Notes under the pieces: generated by a model
The model's database searches: none
What the model was told of the DNA's origin: nothing
The model's input: the letters and a program-made list of their open reading frames with translations, nothing else
Program-made: the position numbers and the translations under genes
Part shown: piece after piece, positions 1 to 12,038 of the stretch
How the letters are laid out: every line of letters begins with the position of its first letter
Position numbering within the stretch: the first letter of the stretch is position 1
Origin: Rhizodiscina lignyota
Taxonomy: Eukaryota
Direction of reading: 5' to 3'
Assembly (NCBI GenBank): GCA_010015805.1
Contig: ML978122.1
Location: 186,001-250,000, forward strand
Length of the DNA stretch: 64,000 bases

Positions 1-981
1 CCAGCTTCCGGTGCTCACGACAACGGACCTTGCCCGGCAAGCCACCCAACCCAGACCATCAGTTTGTTCTTTGAGGTTCTGTACGCTTCCTATCTTTTTG
101 CGGATGACTGGTATGGTGACAAGCAACCTTTTGTTTTCTCGAACGGCGATCCCACTGGATACGGCTTCCACGGTGATTTCCTCAATGGTTGGGAAGTCGA
201 GGCCTTGCAACAGGTGACCGACCAATGCAACAGCGACGCTGCTTTCGGCTCAACGGCCAAGAGCGACTGCCCCCCTATTGATGAGTTCACCAGCGACGAG
301 ATGATGAACTGCAAGGTACCATCTCAAGTCGACGAGCCTATTCGTGGTGTTCTTAGCAAGCTTCCCGGATGCAACCCTGTTCAATATGGACCTGCACCTG
401 CGAAGATGGCGACATGCTCTGGCGTTGTCACTACCATTTCTTCGGATACGCAAGTTGAAGATGCGACATTCACGGACGAGACAGGCAAAGGCTGGAGCTA
501 CGTTGGGTGTGCAACTGATAGCAGCACCACGCGTACTTTCGATGGCGCAACTACGATTTACTCAGCCGGCGTCGGAGACACAATGACCGTTGACTACTGC
601 CTCAACTTCTGCAAGGACTACACCTACGCTGGCATCGAATACGGCTCGCAATGCTACTGTGGTAACACGTTAGCATCCGCTGCGGCACCAAAGGCAGGTG
701 AGCTCGGAAGTTGCAACATGCCTTGCAACGGAAACAGCACGCAGTTCTGTGGCGGCAACTGGGCTCTCTCCTCGTACAAGAAGTGCAGTGGTAGCAGCTG
801 CAAGAACACCCCACCCACCGTGAACAAGATTAAGAAGAGGGCGTTGGATCACGAGACGGAGTATTGGTTCGAGGAGGATGAGTTCGAGGCGAGAGACACC
901 AGCATGGACGAGGTTGTGAAAGGGGCCGCACAGTACTTGAAGAGGCATGCGCAGCACAAGAGGCACGCAAGAGACTTCTAA
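1..981 (+). CDS. DUF1996 + WSC domain protein (3' part; gene starts upstream of window)
   Basis: Frame is open from base 1. DUF1996 C-terminal motifs CPASHP..LFFEV and FSNGDPTGYGFHGDFLNGW, followed by a WSC domain (WSYVGC..MTVDYC..YAGIEYGSQCYCG..CNMPCNGNSTQFCGG). Confidence 0.88.
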   Translation, partial: PASGAHDNGPCPASHPTQTISLFFEVLYASYLFADDWYGDKQPFVFSNGDPTGYGFHGDFLNGWEVEALQQVTDQCNSDAAFGSTAKSDCPPIDEFTSDEMMNCKVPSQVDEPIRGVLSKLPGCNPVQYGPAPAKMATCSGVVTTISSDTQVEDATFTDETGKGWSYVGCATDSSTTRTFDGATTIYSAGVGDTMTVDYCLNFCKDYTYAGIEYGSQCYCGNTLASAAAPKAGELGSCNMPCNGNSTQFCGGNWALSSYKKCSGSSCKNTPPTVNKIKKRALDHETEYWFEEDEFEARDTSMDEVVKGAAQYLKRHAQHKRHARDF

Positions 982-2033
982 GGCCCATACGAACACTTGA
1001 CCGTCAGGTGGGCATGTACAGTATTTTTTTCGACGGACGTTTCTTGTGAAGGTGGTGTCATGAACGTGGCCTTTACACTTCTTTCGCCTGGGTTCGCTCG
1101 TTCACGGAGACGAACGCCAGGCAGGTTTTATTCTTCAATCTGTACATATTGAGAATCAACATATCAATACTTGCATCTACTCTGGATACTTCAAGTATAT
1201 TCATCAGCTAAGGGATCACTCACGAGTGATCGAGAGAGCATTAAAAAGGCTAAGTCAACAAAAATTGGAAGCAGTTATTGTGTCAAGTCGTACCCTCAAA
1301 ATACTTTCCTCGAAACTATGTTGTATTTAAAATATAACGGGCTACAAACAGGAAATTTAGATGTTCAGATCTTGGTTCGGCTAAAGTGTTATGGGTGTGT
1401 TTCCGTGCTGGAACCATGGTGTGACTGCGCCGTCAGTCACGATGGGAGCCACCGCAATGCATTCTCTACGATGGGACCTTGCCCACTTATGTTAACCGTA
1501 TTTATTCAAAATCAGCTTTACATTAGACCATTACCCAAACCATCTAAACTTCCGGAGGAAAGGATAAGGAAGGCATTATGTAAGTTTAGTACCCACTATT
1601 CATCTCTTGGGGGCTATGAGAGCCGGACACTGCGGAAGTCGACGGATGAGACTCGACATATAAAATCATCCTCATTGCGCTCTTTTAACTATAATCGAAA
1701 GAGCCCTACTAAAACTTTTTCTTATGTTTTTAAGAGCCCTTCCGAGCCATTCGCGACGAAATACGCCACAAGTAACTTCACCTGCAGGTGACTCATATAT
1801 GCGGGATAGGCCCATCAATATCTTAGAGTCCCAGTCAAGTCATAGTTCTGTATAGCCTTCACCATGTAGGGATGGATTTCTTAGAGATGTGGTAGAAGAA
1901 CTTTTCTTTCAAAAGGAGGGATATCTTGATTTGCGTGTATCTTCGGTCCATTACCAAGCGAAGGCTATCCTCAAACCGCTACATTCCTTTTCCGTTTAAA
2001 TAACATCCTAAGCTTTCATCGCAATGCATTGCT

Positions 2034-4031
2034 TTAGTTAGAGACCTCGTCGTGGCTAGCCTCCCTATGCTTCTCCTCTGGCATCTTCTCATCCATCGCC
2101 GAAATGCTTCCTTGCCTGACAATCTCCTCGAGACCGACCTCGCGGTTGATCTCACGCATCCTCTCCGCATCAGCGGCTGCGACACCCTCGGAGCCGAAGA
2201 GGATATCCATCTCCTCGAGAGAAAGACCCTTGGTCTCTGGCACGAAGAAGAGAATGAAGAAGGCCCCGGTGAGAGTAATCAGGCCGAAGAAGATGTAGGT
2301 ACCGTACTTCATGCCCGTGAGCATGTCTGGCGTGACCTGACCAACGATGAAGTTGCTGGAAATAGTACGTTAGCATTTGATTTGCGCAGATGCATTAGGG
2401 AAGCTTACTTCATCCAGTTGGACGAGGCACCGAGAGCAACACCATATGGACGATTGGAGATGGGCCAAATCTCGGCAATGACGATCCACGCGCAGGGACC
2501 CCAGCTGTAACCGAAGTGGACGACGAACAGCCACACCATCACAACGGCTGCCCAGCCAGCACCGCGGTGATGGGGCCAGTCGTTCTCAAAGGCACCGGAG
2601 ATACCGGCAATGATGAGATGGCAGGAGGCCATGCCGATAGCGCCGGCGATCAGCACGGGCTTACGACCAAGCTTGTCGACGTATATGACTGCTGGGATAG
2701 TGGCGATGAACATGACAATACCGACAACACCGGTAGCAAGGAGGGACACCGTGTTGGACGACATGCCAAGCTTGTTGAAGATCTGAGGTGCGTAGTACAG
2801 CACAGCGCTATTCTCCGTCAGTCTCGCTGTCGCATCGATGGCGTAATTTTGGAGTACTTACTTGATACCAGTCCACTGCTGGAAGAACATAGTAATCGTG
2901 GCGACACAGACACGCCTGAACATGGACCTGCTCTTGAAAAGACTGCCAATGGCAACCCACTGGAGCTTGAACGTGTTCCAGGAACTTTGACGAACGAGAT
3001 GCGGGAAGTTCTCGGCGAGGGTGCGCTTCTCGAACAAGCTCTGAGCGCGAATTTCGGCGTACTCGAGTTCAATGAGCTCGTGGTCCTGAGGGAGGCTGCG
3101 CAGGTTGGCAAGAACTTTGCGGGCCTCGGCCTCGCGGCCGTGGTGGACAAGCCAACGAGGAGAGAATGGCATGAACATCATACCAGCGCCGAGGATGACA
3201 GCGGGAACGAGTTGCAGGCAGAGAGGCAAGAGCCACGAAGTGTCCTTCTGGCCAGCACCGGTGCCACCAATGAAGTTTGTGCCGTAGTCGATCCAGAAAG
3301 AAATCCTGATCAAACAGTCAGAAACCACATTGACTGGAGCGAAAAGTTGTGGCAACATACATGATACCGAGAGTAATGGCAAGCTGCTGGAGACCAACGA
3401 GCGCACCACGGACTTCTGGGGGAGCGACCTCTGCGTTGTACATGGGAACAATCATAGACAAGCTACCAACACCCATACCTGGAGATTTTGGTCAGCGCTG
3501 AACCGACGGAAGGTCATGGACACTCTGTTCAACATACCAGTGATGAATCGACCACCGAGGATGGAGCTGTGGCCCGTGCCAGTCACTGCGGTGGTCTGAA
3601 CAACAACACCAATGATGAAGATGGCCACGTTGATCAGGATAGCGTATTTACGGGAGAGGATTTCGGCGAGGAAACCGCTGTAGAGAGTTCCAACCCAAGC
3701 ACCCAACTCGAGAATTGAGGTGAGCCAACCCATCTTGGAAGAGTCGGCGGTCCAGCTTCCCATATCTAGCATCTTGTCAGGAATTCTCGAATTCTCATGG
3801 TTTCTTGGTGGGGAATATTTGCCACTTACGCTGGTCGAAGGAGTGCATCGTCAACAGACCGGAGAAGACACCTTGGTTGTAACCGTACAACAGACCACCC
3901 AAGCAGGCGAAGCAACCGATACCAAAGACTTTGGCATTGGCGACCAAGGCCATTGGGCCCGATTTGACACCAGCCAGTTCCTTACGGCGCTCGGCCGCGG
4001 CGCCCTCGAATTGGGCTTGCGTGGGAGCCAT
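2034..4031 (-). CDS. MFS sugar porter (multi-exon; probable pentose/hexose transporter)
   Basis: Exon ORFs give GGLLYGYNQG, LELGAW, FQQWTGIN, VDKLGRKP, SWGPCAW, PETKGLSLEEMD (sugar-porter signatures). ATG at 4031 (MAPTQAQ). Frame breaks coincide with GT-AG introns. Confidence 0.93.
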
Positions 4032-4265
4032 GATGCTGCGGTGATTAGTATCAAACTGACAATTAAAAGTGAAGGTGTGCAGAAACAAAGAGAGGCAGTG
4101 GAGGACAGCACTGCAGTGACCGCGATGAGGACGAGAAGAGGAATAGGAGATCGACGAGGAATCATCTGCTATTTAGATGGAAGCATGGCTTATCCTGCGC
4201 CCCGGGAGAATAGCACGAATAGTTACCATTCACCCTCTCGGATCCCAGATTTATGGATAAATCAA

Positions 4266-5020
4266 CGGGTAAAAGGGTGGACTAGCCAGGATCGTCCGGG
4301 GATTGCACATGGGGCTCCACTGTTCGCTTCCACTAGGGACGTGCGCGCGAGGTTGCAACTGGCAAAGCAACGATGACTGTGAGCCGCGAGTGGGAGAATG
4401 CATCGGCAAGGGACATTACTCCGGATGTATGACCCGAGCAGCACAGAGTTTTCTCAAATCTGTAAGTGGCGATACTCTCACATTGCGCCTGATCCCATTT
4501 GAGATAGCGTTGATTCAGGCAGAACGGGTTCATGTCCTCACGCTTTCGTAAGGCAGTTCAGTGCCGAGCGTCGTGCGATCGCAAATCTTGTGACCAGCTA
4601 GCGTGCTCGCTCTGCCGTACTCCGAATGGGGAGATGATGCTAGGTCTGTCAACGGTCAAAACCCCATGTACTGCATGGAGACGTTACCTGTACATCTGGC
4701 CTTGATTTTCGGCGCCAGCATCAGAGCACGCGCGCTCTCGCCGGGTCAAAGGCTGCCTGCGCGACGCTGCGGCTGACTTAGCAGACACGAGACGCTCCCC
4801 AGACTCACCTCCAGCTGCTCCAGCATTTCGCTGTTGTGGAGACTGGGGCGAACGATGGAGGAAGGGCAGGTGTTGTTTGGCGGGCCGATCGAGGATGATT
4901 GCATTTAGCCTGAACATCCCGGGAAAGGCTGAGCAGGGAATCCCACTCCACAACCCCGAGCAGCCTCCACCGACGTGTGCAAAAGCCAATATCGACCTCA
5001 TTCCACATCGAACGGTTAAA
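4266..5020. promoter_or_regulatory. Candidate XlnR/AraR-type and CreA-type sites upstream of the sugar porter
   Basis: CGGGTAAA 4266-4273, CTAGCC (=GGCTAG) 4282-4287, TTTAGCC (=GGCTAAA) 4904-4910, CGGTTAAA 5013-5020; SYGGRG matches such as CCGGGG 4296-4301. Short motifs, untested. Confidence 0.4.
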
Positions 5021-5529
5021 ATCGTCACTGGCCACTCCACGTGGAGAAGGTTGCGGCGAGACGACAAGACTCTGCCATCCCGGATGATGTGCTGGGGTGG
5101 CCAATCCTCGCCCAGATCGGCTGCAAGACATTAGTCGGGGTCGAGCCGCCCTGTTTTCTGCCTTCGTACCTAGCTGCAGCCCGAGTGTTGAGTGTTATAA
5201 TCATTCGAGACTATTCCAAGCGCCTGGATGAATGGGTTCAAGTCAGATTTACCAAGTCGTTGGGTTTTTCCAAAAGCTTCGCTCCTGCACCAGCGGACTC
5301 AGTCTCCACTCGTGCCGCCTTGGAGCGGTGATCACAAGGCGGGTGTTGACCCTGATGTTAAGGCGCCAGTCGCTCTCCAGTATTATGCTTGGGAGAATTT
5401 TGTTTCGGATGCAATGTTCTGCTGGCTCAAGCTGTTCTGCTTTCTGAACGCTCACTTTCCTATCAAGTCTCAGCTTTATTTTCTCACTGATCCGCCGGCC
5501 CATGTTGTATCAACGTTCGTTGCTTTTGA

Positions 5530-8500
5530 AATGCCTTCTCAATCCTCCCGCTACACCGCTAGACCTGTCACGAGTACCGCACCCCCTAGTGCCGTCGAAA
5601 TGATGCCAGCCGTTGTCTGAGCCAATAATGACGAGACTGTTGTGCCAACTCACTGTTGAGTCCAACATGCAATTGGATCCATCTCGATGGCCCTCGCTTC
5701 TTTCTCGCATTCTAGGCCATCAGCAGTGGCGGATCGGGTCACACGGCTCACCCCCCCTTTCCGAGGCCCACCTCAGCCCCCAGCGAAGACCCGATACTCC
5801 TTTACCGAACTCGATATGAGAGAAAGGCACGAAGTAGAGGAAGAAGGTTTAGAGGACTATTCTCACCTTGAATAGAGAGAGGCTGAGAACGAAGAATATT
5901 CTAGCGAGGACTGAAAGTGCTGATGTTGCTGCGAGTGGATAGGTTGAAGACCGATCGCAATATAGCGAACATGCCTTGCTTCCTTCTTCTCCTCACTTGA
6001 AATGGATTGTAGTCGTCCTACGATGCTTAATCCGAAGTTTACAATCGTTACCTCGCTCGCAGTCTCTCTGCTACAGTCTTTGTGCTCGACTTTGCGCCCG
6101 CGCTGGCCTGTCAGTCAGCATTGTGGAAGCTTCCCTGAGGGGAGTGGATCACAGTTGCATCAACCCGGGAAGTTCGCCGCCCTCAATCCAGCAGGCGCTG
6201 AGATGGTACCGGCATCACCTACGAACGCGGCCGTGACTGTGGAGAAGCTATCGATACCATGATAAGTGGTCATGATTGAGGCTGTCGAAATTCCAGGTTC
6301 GAATGACTTTCCCGACCGACGAGCAGCACTCGGGGCACTTCAGCAACAACGCTTGAGTCAGTAGAGACTTCGCAAACGTCAAATGCGTACCGGTTCAAGA
6401 TGAGCATTCCTCTAAGAGCGTTCCAATGTCCTCTGTGTACCGGGGCTTAGTATTGTCACTTGTGCCGCCGTGAATCTTCTTCAGAAAGCGAGGCTCCCTC
6501 AATCTGTAGCTCTTGGAGGTGTAACCCGCTCATCCTCTCGCAGAAAGACCGCTACACCAGTCAAATGCTGACCTCGAAGCGTTCTTTAGTCCCTTTACGA
6601 TAACAAGACATCTAACGATGATGTAATAGAGTACTGGCGACGTTGGCCGCATCTGGTAGCAGACTTGCTTCGCAGTCATGTCTGATCTGGCAAACGAACT
6701 CGGGATCTCACTCTGCTGTCGCACATATTCGCTCGCTCCCTCTTAGATCGCTCTCGCGGACCCGACAAAGAGTCAAAGATATTCGGTCCACAACATGCGG
6801 ACGGAGGAATCTGTTGATCTTGTCAGCCTTTGCATTCAGACCGAGTCGCAAGAGACGGGCGTAACGCAGCCACATCCAAAATGGATGCGATGACTTGATT
6901 GCAGATTCTGTCTTGTCAAGGCGACGATCGGAGAGACTGACCCGTATGCAGTGGATCATGCTATTGCGCATAGCGATGAAGGATCTTTGCCACACTTTTG
7001 CGCAGATGTAATGGCTGTATGGTACAACTGAGATTGCTACTACATACATAGCAGACTTCAACACAGCGATGGGATTGTACAACTATGGCCTGCCGGCACG
7101 GCTTAGAGTGTCAGCACATCGGTCTCAAGCACATTTGGTGGTTCGACACAAACTGAAGTCATGTTCTTGATGTCTTTGCTCTTCGTAAGCATTAAACTTG
7201 GTCTTTAATAGACCCATTCTATTGAGAGCTGATCAATCAGTAGGAGATACCCATGACGTGTTTGGAAGCCAAGATGTCCCTTGAGGAAGTCGCCAACATG
7301 CCGAATAACGGAGTAGGCTTGGACGCCAATGATGTTCAATCCAATATCCTAATTCTCAATGAGAGCACTTCTGCATCCGCCAAGTAGCTTGGACTCCGAT
7401 GAAGATTTACGGCGACCAACATCTGCACGACCGCCGAAGCGGCTGATGATGACGAAACGTCCCTGCATTTTGGGGCAAAAGTCGATCAGCGTGCTGCCAA
7501 TAAGCTCATACACAACTCGAAAATCCAAATGAATGCAAGGCGGTATGTATTCGGCAAATTTGCCTTTCGCAGAGCGCAATGGCATGCATGCGATCCATGA
7601 GCGAGGCTATTCGCAAAGCTTCGGAAAGGAAACGCAGTTAAACGCCAAGAATATATTGTGCAGAGCTGTTGTCAATTATAAACGCTGGTATAATGCCTGA
7701 CGCAAAGTCATTTCAATCAGAACTCGTTCCTCATTCCATCATCGAGACTGCGATGCTCGGGTACCACGAAAATCCAACTACCATCGACCGAGGGCGTCTC
7801 ATCATCGTTGGAGGTCTGTCGTCTGGCAGTACGACAATATACAACCAATGTCTCGGCTGATCTTTTCTCTCAAGAGTGGGACGTTGACGGCGCGGATACC
7901 GACGACCTTTCAGAGGTCCGAGTTGTTGTGTTCGAAAGCGTGCCTCGTTCACTGCGACTGTGATAGCTGTTAACCCTTGTTCTTTGCACAATTTCGACTA
8001 AACTACCTTTCTGAAGAATTGGATGTTCTTCTTGAGACCGGCAAGCCATACTTCTGTCCTTGCTCCGCCTTCACAGGTACCGGAGCGGGCCATGCGGCGT
8101 TGGAAAGGGAGGCGAACAGGACCTCGAATGGACGGGATTGAAAGTTGACCATTGTGACTGCGTTCTGTATCGATTGCGTTTGATATCAAGGATTTAACGA
8201 GGCGATGTCAACGAATATACAGAGTTGAACGGAGGCGATGTATAGAAATTTAACACATGAGGTTGAACCTACCAAACGCCTTTAAAAAGGAACGTCTTCC
8301 CCACATTGTCCCCGCATGACCACACTCGGCGCATCGAGTGCCTTGGACAGCCACAGAAAATGCCGCTACGTCAAGCGAACGGATATTGCTTCCCGTAGAG
8401 CCTCGCTATTGGTGTCGCGAGTCGTGCAGATGCTGGTTCTGCAGCTGCCATGATGAATGGCCCGGATTATCACCAATAGACGCTCACACAGAGGGTCATA

Positions 8501-8670
8501 GCTGCCGCACACAAAGTGATCGACTTCAAGCATGGCATCGTGAGTTGTTTGATACGCTCGGGGCTTTGGTGGCGATGCTTTTCAGTGGAAGTTCAGGGGA
8601 GCTCCATGCGCTGCCCCACGCGAGGCTCTCAAGAATAAGGTTAGCGTGCGGAGAAGGCCAAGCTTAATCG
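5530..8670 (+). pseudogene. Possible heavily decayed coding remnant(s)
   Basis: Protein-like fragments broken by stops and frameshifts (e.g. DMRERHEVEEEGLEDYSHLE*REAENEEYSSED*; NYLSEELDVLLETGKPYFC); no family recognised. Confidence 0.25.
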
Positions 8671-9401
8671 GACGACCATGCAGTTGGTACCTTAGTACAT
8701 ACCTATTGTTAAGTAGGTTCTGCAAAAGTCTTCACACCACATGCACGGAGGCGTCTTGTTCGTCCAAGAGCAATCCAGTACTCAACTTCATACATAGGTG
8801 GTATTGACACAGATATGAGGATAGAAGAGCTCCAGTGAAGTTGATTCATCTCAACAAGAAATTAAATATACACCCAGATAAGATACAAGGGTTCTAGGAT
8901 CCACGTAAAAGAGTAGAGCATTGAGAATCTGTGCGAATTCTCAAAACCATCGTGTCCTAAACAATTTTGGGATCCTCAATCGTCTTAACCTCCTCGACAT
9001 ATCACCACCCCGTGTCAAGATCAAGCACTTCCCCGCGGATCGTCCTTCATATAAATTCCAGATGAGAGGGAGATCAGTAGACCGCGATTCTCAATTATAT
9101 CGGCGAGGACACAATGACTCGGCACATCGGGATAAGATACAACCGGTTAAATGGAATTCGTGACGTTGATGTCCGCCGACTTTGATTAAGATATTATATA
9201 GTATTCAAGGAGAATCTGAATTAAAGCCGTGTCTCTAGCGTGTCGTCTCCTTGGAACCCCATCCACCTCATTACATTACTGCTCCTTCCGGCTACATCAT
9301 TAGGGGCAAAAAAGGGCACCGCAGCATCGAGGTACAACAAGTCTGTAGTGAGTTACACCACCCTCTCGTCCGTAACCTGTCTCGACCCTATTAGAATGTA
9401 C

Positions 9402-10893
9402 TCAGTACTCATGCTCCGCAAATTTCATCTGCGCCTTATCAACGTCAAACACAGCCACGACATTCTGGAGAAACGTCACCCCCAGAACATACGGACCCAT
9501 CTGCCCATCATCGACACCCGTATTGCATAGGTTCTCTTGGCGGTCAGCTATCTCCTGGAGTATCATATCCGCAGGGTCGAAGAAGAAGTCCTCGTCGCCA
9601 ATGGTGACTGCGAAGCTCGGGGGCGTAGCGTTGCAGGCGACAACCCAGGTTCCCATATCTTTGCGGAAGTGCGCAGGGGGGTCGTACATGCCGAGCACGT
9701 CTTCGGCAATCTTCGTCGGGAGATACGTCACGCTCGTGCCGCTGTCCACGAGAAATGGCAGGTCCTGGTCTTTCGCGTTGTAGGAGTGGCGGTTGTACTT
9801 GAAGCCGTCCGGGTAGATGGTGTAGAATGAGCGTTGGGATGCGGTTCGGTTGAGTGATGCCACATCGACAACTCTGATCGGAGTTTGGACAAAGCCGCTT
9901 TTCACATTGACCTGGGAGGGGATGCCGCCGATGGAGAACGAGCCAGCGGATTCGCCGCGCTGAATGGCAAGGCTGAAAAGCGGGTCCACGAGGCCTTGGT
10001 CTTTCATGTTTGTGAACAGTGGGTTATACTCGATTGTGTCATTCATGTTGTCGTTGTTTGAGGCATCCGCGCCGTCATATGCGGAGGTGAGCGACTTGTA
10101 TGCGAGACCGATCAGACCAGATGATTTGCCGTCGCCGTCCCAATAGCCTTTCTCAACAAGTGCAATCTGCGACACGTGTCAGCACAGCTTGCACCAATTT
10201 TGGGGCTTAGTTGAGACGCACTTCCTGACGTTTGACTGTAACGCCTGCAACAGTCACGTCGCTATAGCCCAGTTTACCGTAGAGCCATTCGTTGCTTTCA
10301 TAGCTGATGTAGAAATGCTCGTCCTTGATCTCATCAAGCTCGATGTGGACCGCAGGGCCGAATTTGCAATTCTCGTACGCCTGTGGCTTGTTGTTTGCGT
10401 CACGACAGTCGAAGCCTTCGGTGACAACCCAGGTGTCGCTGCTTGCTGTGTCCACTGTTGCCTTTACCGTATCCGAGCCGATGGTGAGGTCCACTGAGAA
10501 TTCCATGCCGTGACTCATGGCGACGAGCTGCGCATCTTTGCCAGCGCCTCGCTTCCTTGACTTCTTGGCGGACCTCAGCTCAGGTCCTATGAAGGGTGCT
10601 TGATCAGGGTTCTGGAGAGGCTTCAGGAAGTGAAGATTGCGGTGCTTCCCAGCGACCTTGTTAAGAGGGCCATGAGTTGGAGCTTCTTCTAGAGTCCTTG
10701 TCACCGCTGGAAGGCCGGGGAGAGAAGAGAAAGTCGACGCTGTCATAGACTCATATTGGGGTGTAGCTTCGCGCGGAGTAAAGACGACCTGCTGCATCCG
10801 CGGGTCTGAATCTCCGAGGGGATTGGACTGTCCGAGGAATAGCAGCAATGCAAGGATAAGAAGATAGTTGATGACTGCAAAGCGTTGAGCCAT
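9402..10893 (-). CDS. Secreted pepsin-like (A1) aspartic protease, 2 exons
   Basis: Signal peptide (MAQRFAVINYLLILALLLFLGQS), basic pro-cleavage site KKSRKR, motifs VDTASSDTWV and LVDSGTS, SGLIGLAY, VLGVTFLQNVVAVFD. Intron about 10167-10221. Confidence 0.92.
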
Positions 10894-12038
10894 TGTGGTT
10901 AGATAGGCACTGGTTGGAATTTGAGAAATTGATGAGAGAAAAATTGAAAGAACTTCCACAGATATTCGTTTGTTATATAGATGCTCATTGAGGCGAAACC
11001 CCGTTGTCCAGCTGTCCAGCTGTTGCGTCAGTTGCTACACAGCATCAAAAGCAGCGGCCGTGCATGCTATGTGACGCTGATGGCAACGGGATTTCCAATC
11101 GTCTGTGGTACCGAACTTGATAGCTGTCTCCCCCAAATGGACTGTGGTGGGCACAGCCCTGTGGATGATAGGATCTGCAGCCCAGAGTGACACTGATACT
11201 GAGAGGTGGCCCTTCTGAATGGCGATGGCAATGGCGATGCAGACATTCTGCGCTGTGACGCGGTCTTACACTGTCGATCCGTTCCGCGGACACTCTTGGG
11301 GCGTACACAACGACGTAATTGATGTCATCTTTGAGAAGCAACGGTAGCTATCTGGCCAGAGGCTCCCACCGCTCCAACGGAAAGGCTCTGTGACCACGAC
11401 AGAGGCGCAGCTATTTCATTGTTCCTGTTCGGCTGTCGGCTTATCGGTACGTTCTGAGCACCTCAATGTTGTCAGCGGCGAGACCATGTGTACGACAGTT
11501 TCAGAGAAAGTTTTAATAGCTTTGAGGTAAGTGAAGATTAGCTGAAGGCTTCGTCATAACTCACAATGAGCAGTTAGCCGACGAGGGCCACTAAACTACT
11601 GGAAGGTCAGATAGAAAGACCGAATGATAAACGGAAACCGAAAGAGATCACGTTAGAGAAATGATTGTTATCAGAGGTAACAAAATAGAGACAGTGAGTG
11701 TTCTTGATGCTGTCTATGAGCAGCTACATCAAACATATTCCAACTCTGCCGACTGTCCAATGCTAAAAGAAGAAGGGGAGCCAGTCCCTTGGTCGCCCAG
11801 CTCTTCTTCGATACAACTCCAGTTCTGGAGGTCCTCCAACGTCCATAGACGTGGTTCTAGTTCTCTCTAAGATATATAAATCATGCCCCTCGTGGGTGTG
11901 GGGCGTCTTATGTTGTCGAGCTCTTCCACAACATCTGTTCGATATCACATGCGCCGTCTAGATCACTTCTCATATCCACATCTATACTCCATCCCATGCA
12001 TATGTCCCGGTTAAATCTGCACCAGGTCAAGTCCTAAA

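Noticed and set aside
1171..1791. 206-aa ORF as a real gene
   Set aside because: TTG start, atypical composition, no recognisable domain.
2516..3364. 282-aa plus-strand ORF, and similar long antisense ORFs (17129-17722, 27294-27983, 31452-32324, 52813-53421)
   Set aside because: Shadows of well-supported genes on the opposite strand; no motifs and mostly non-ATG starts.
8877..9142. 12-bp direct repeat GATAAGATACAA at 8877 and 9131
   Set aside because: Short, AT-rich, only two copies, with no element structure between them.
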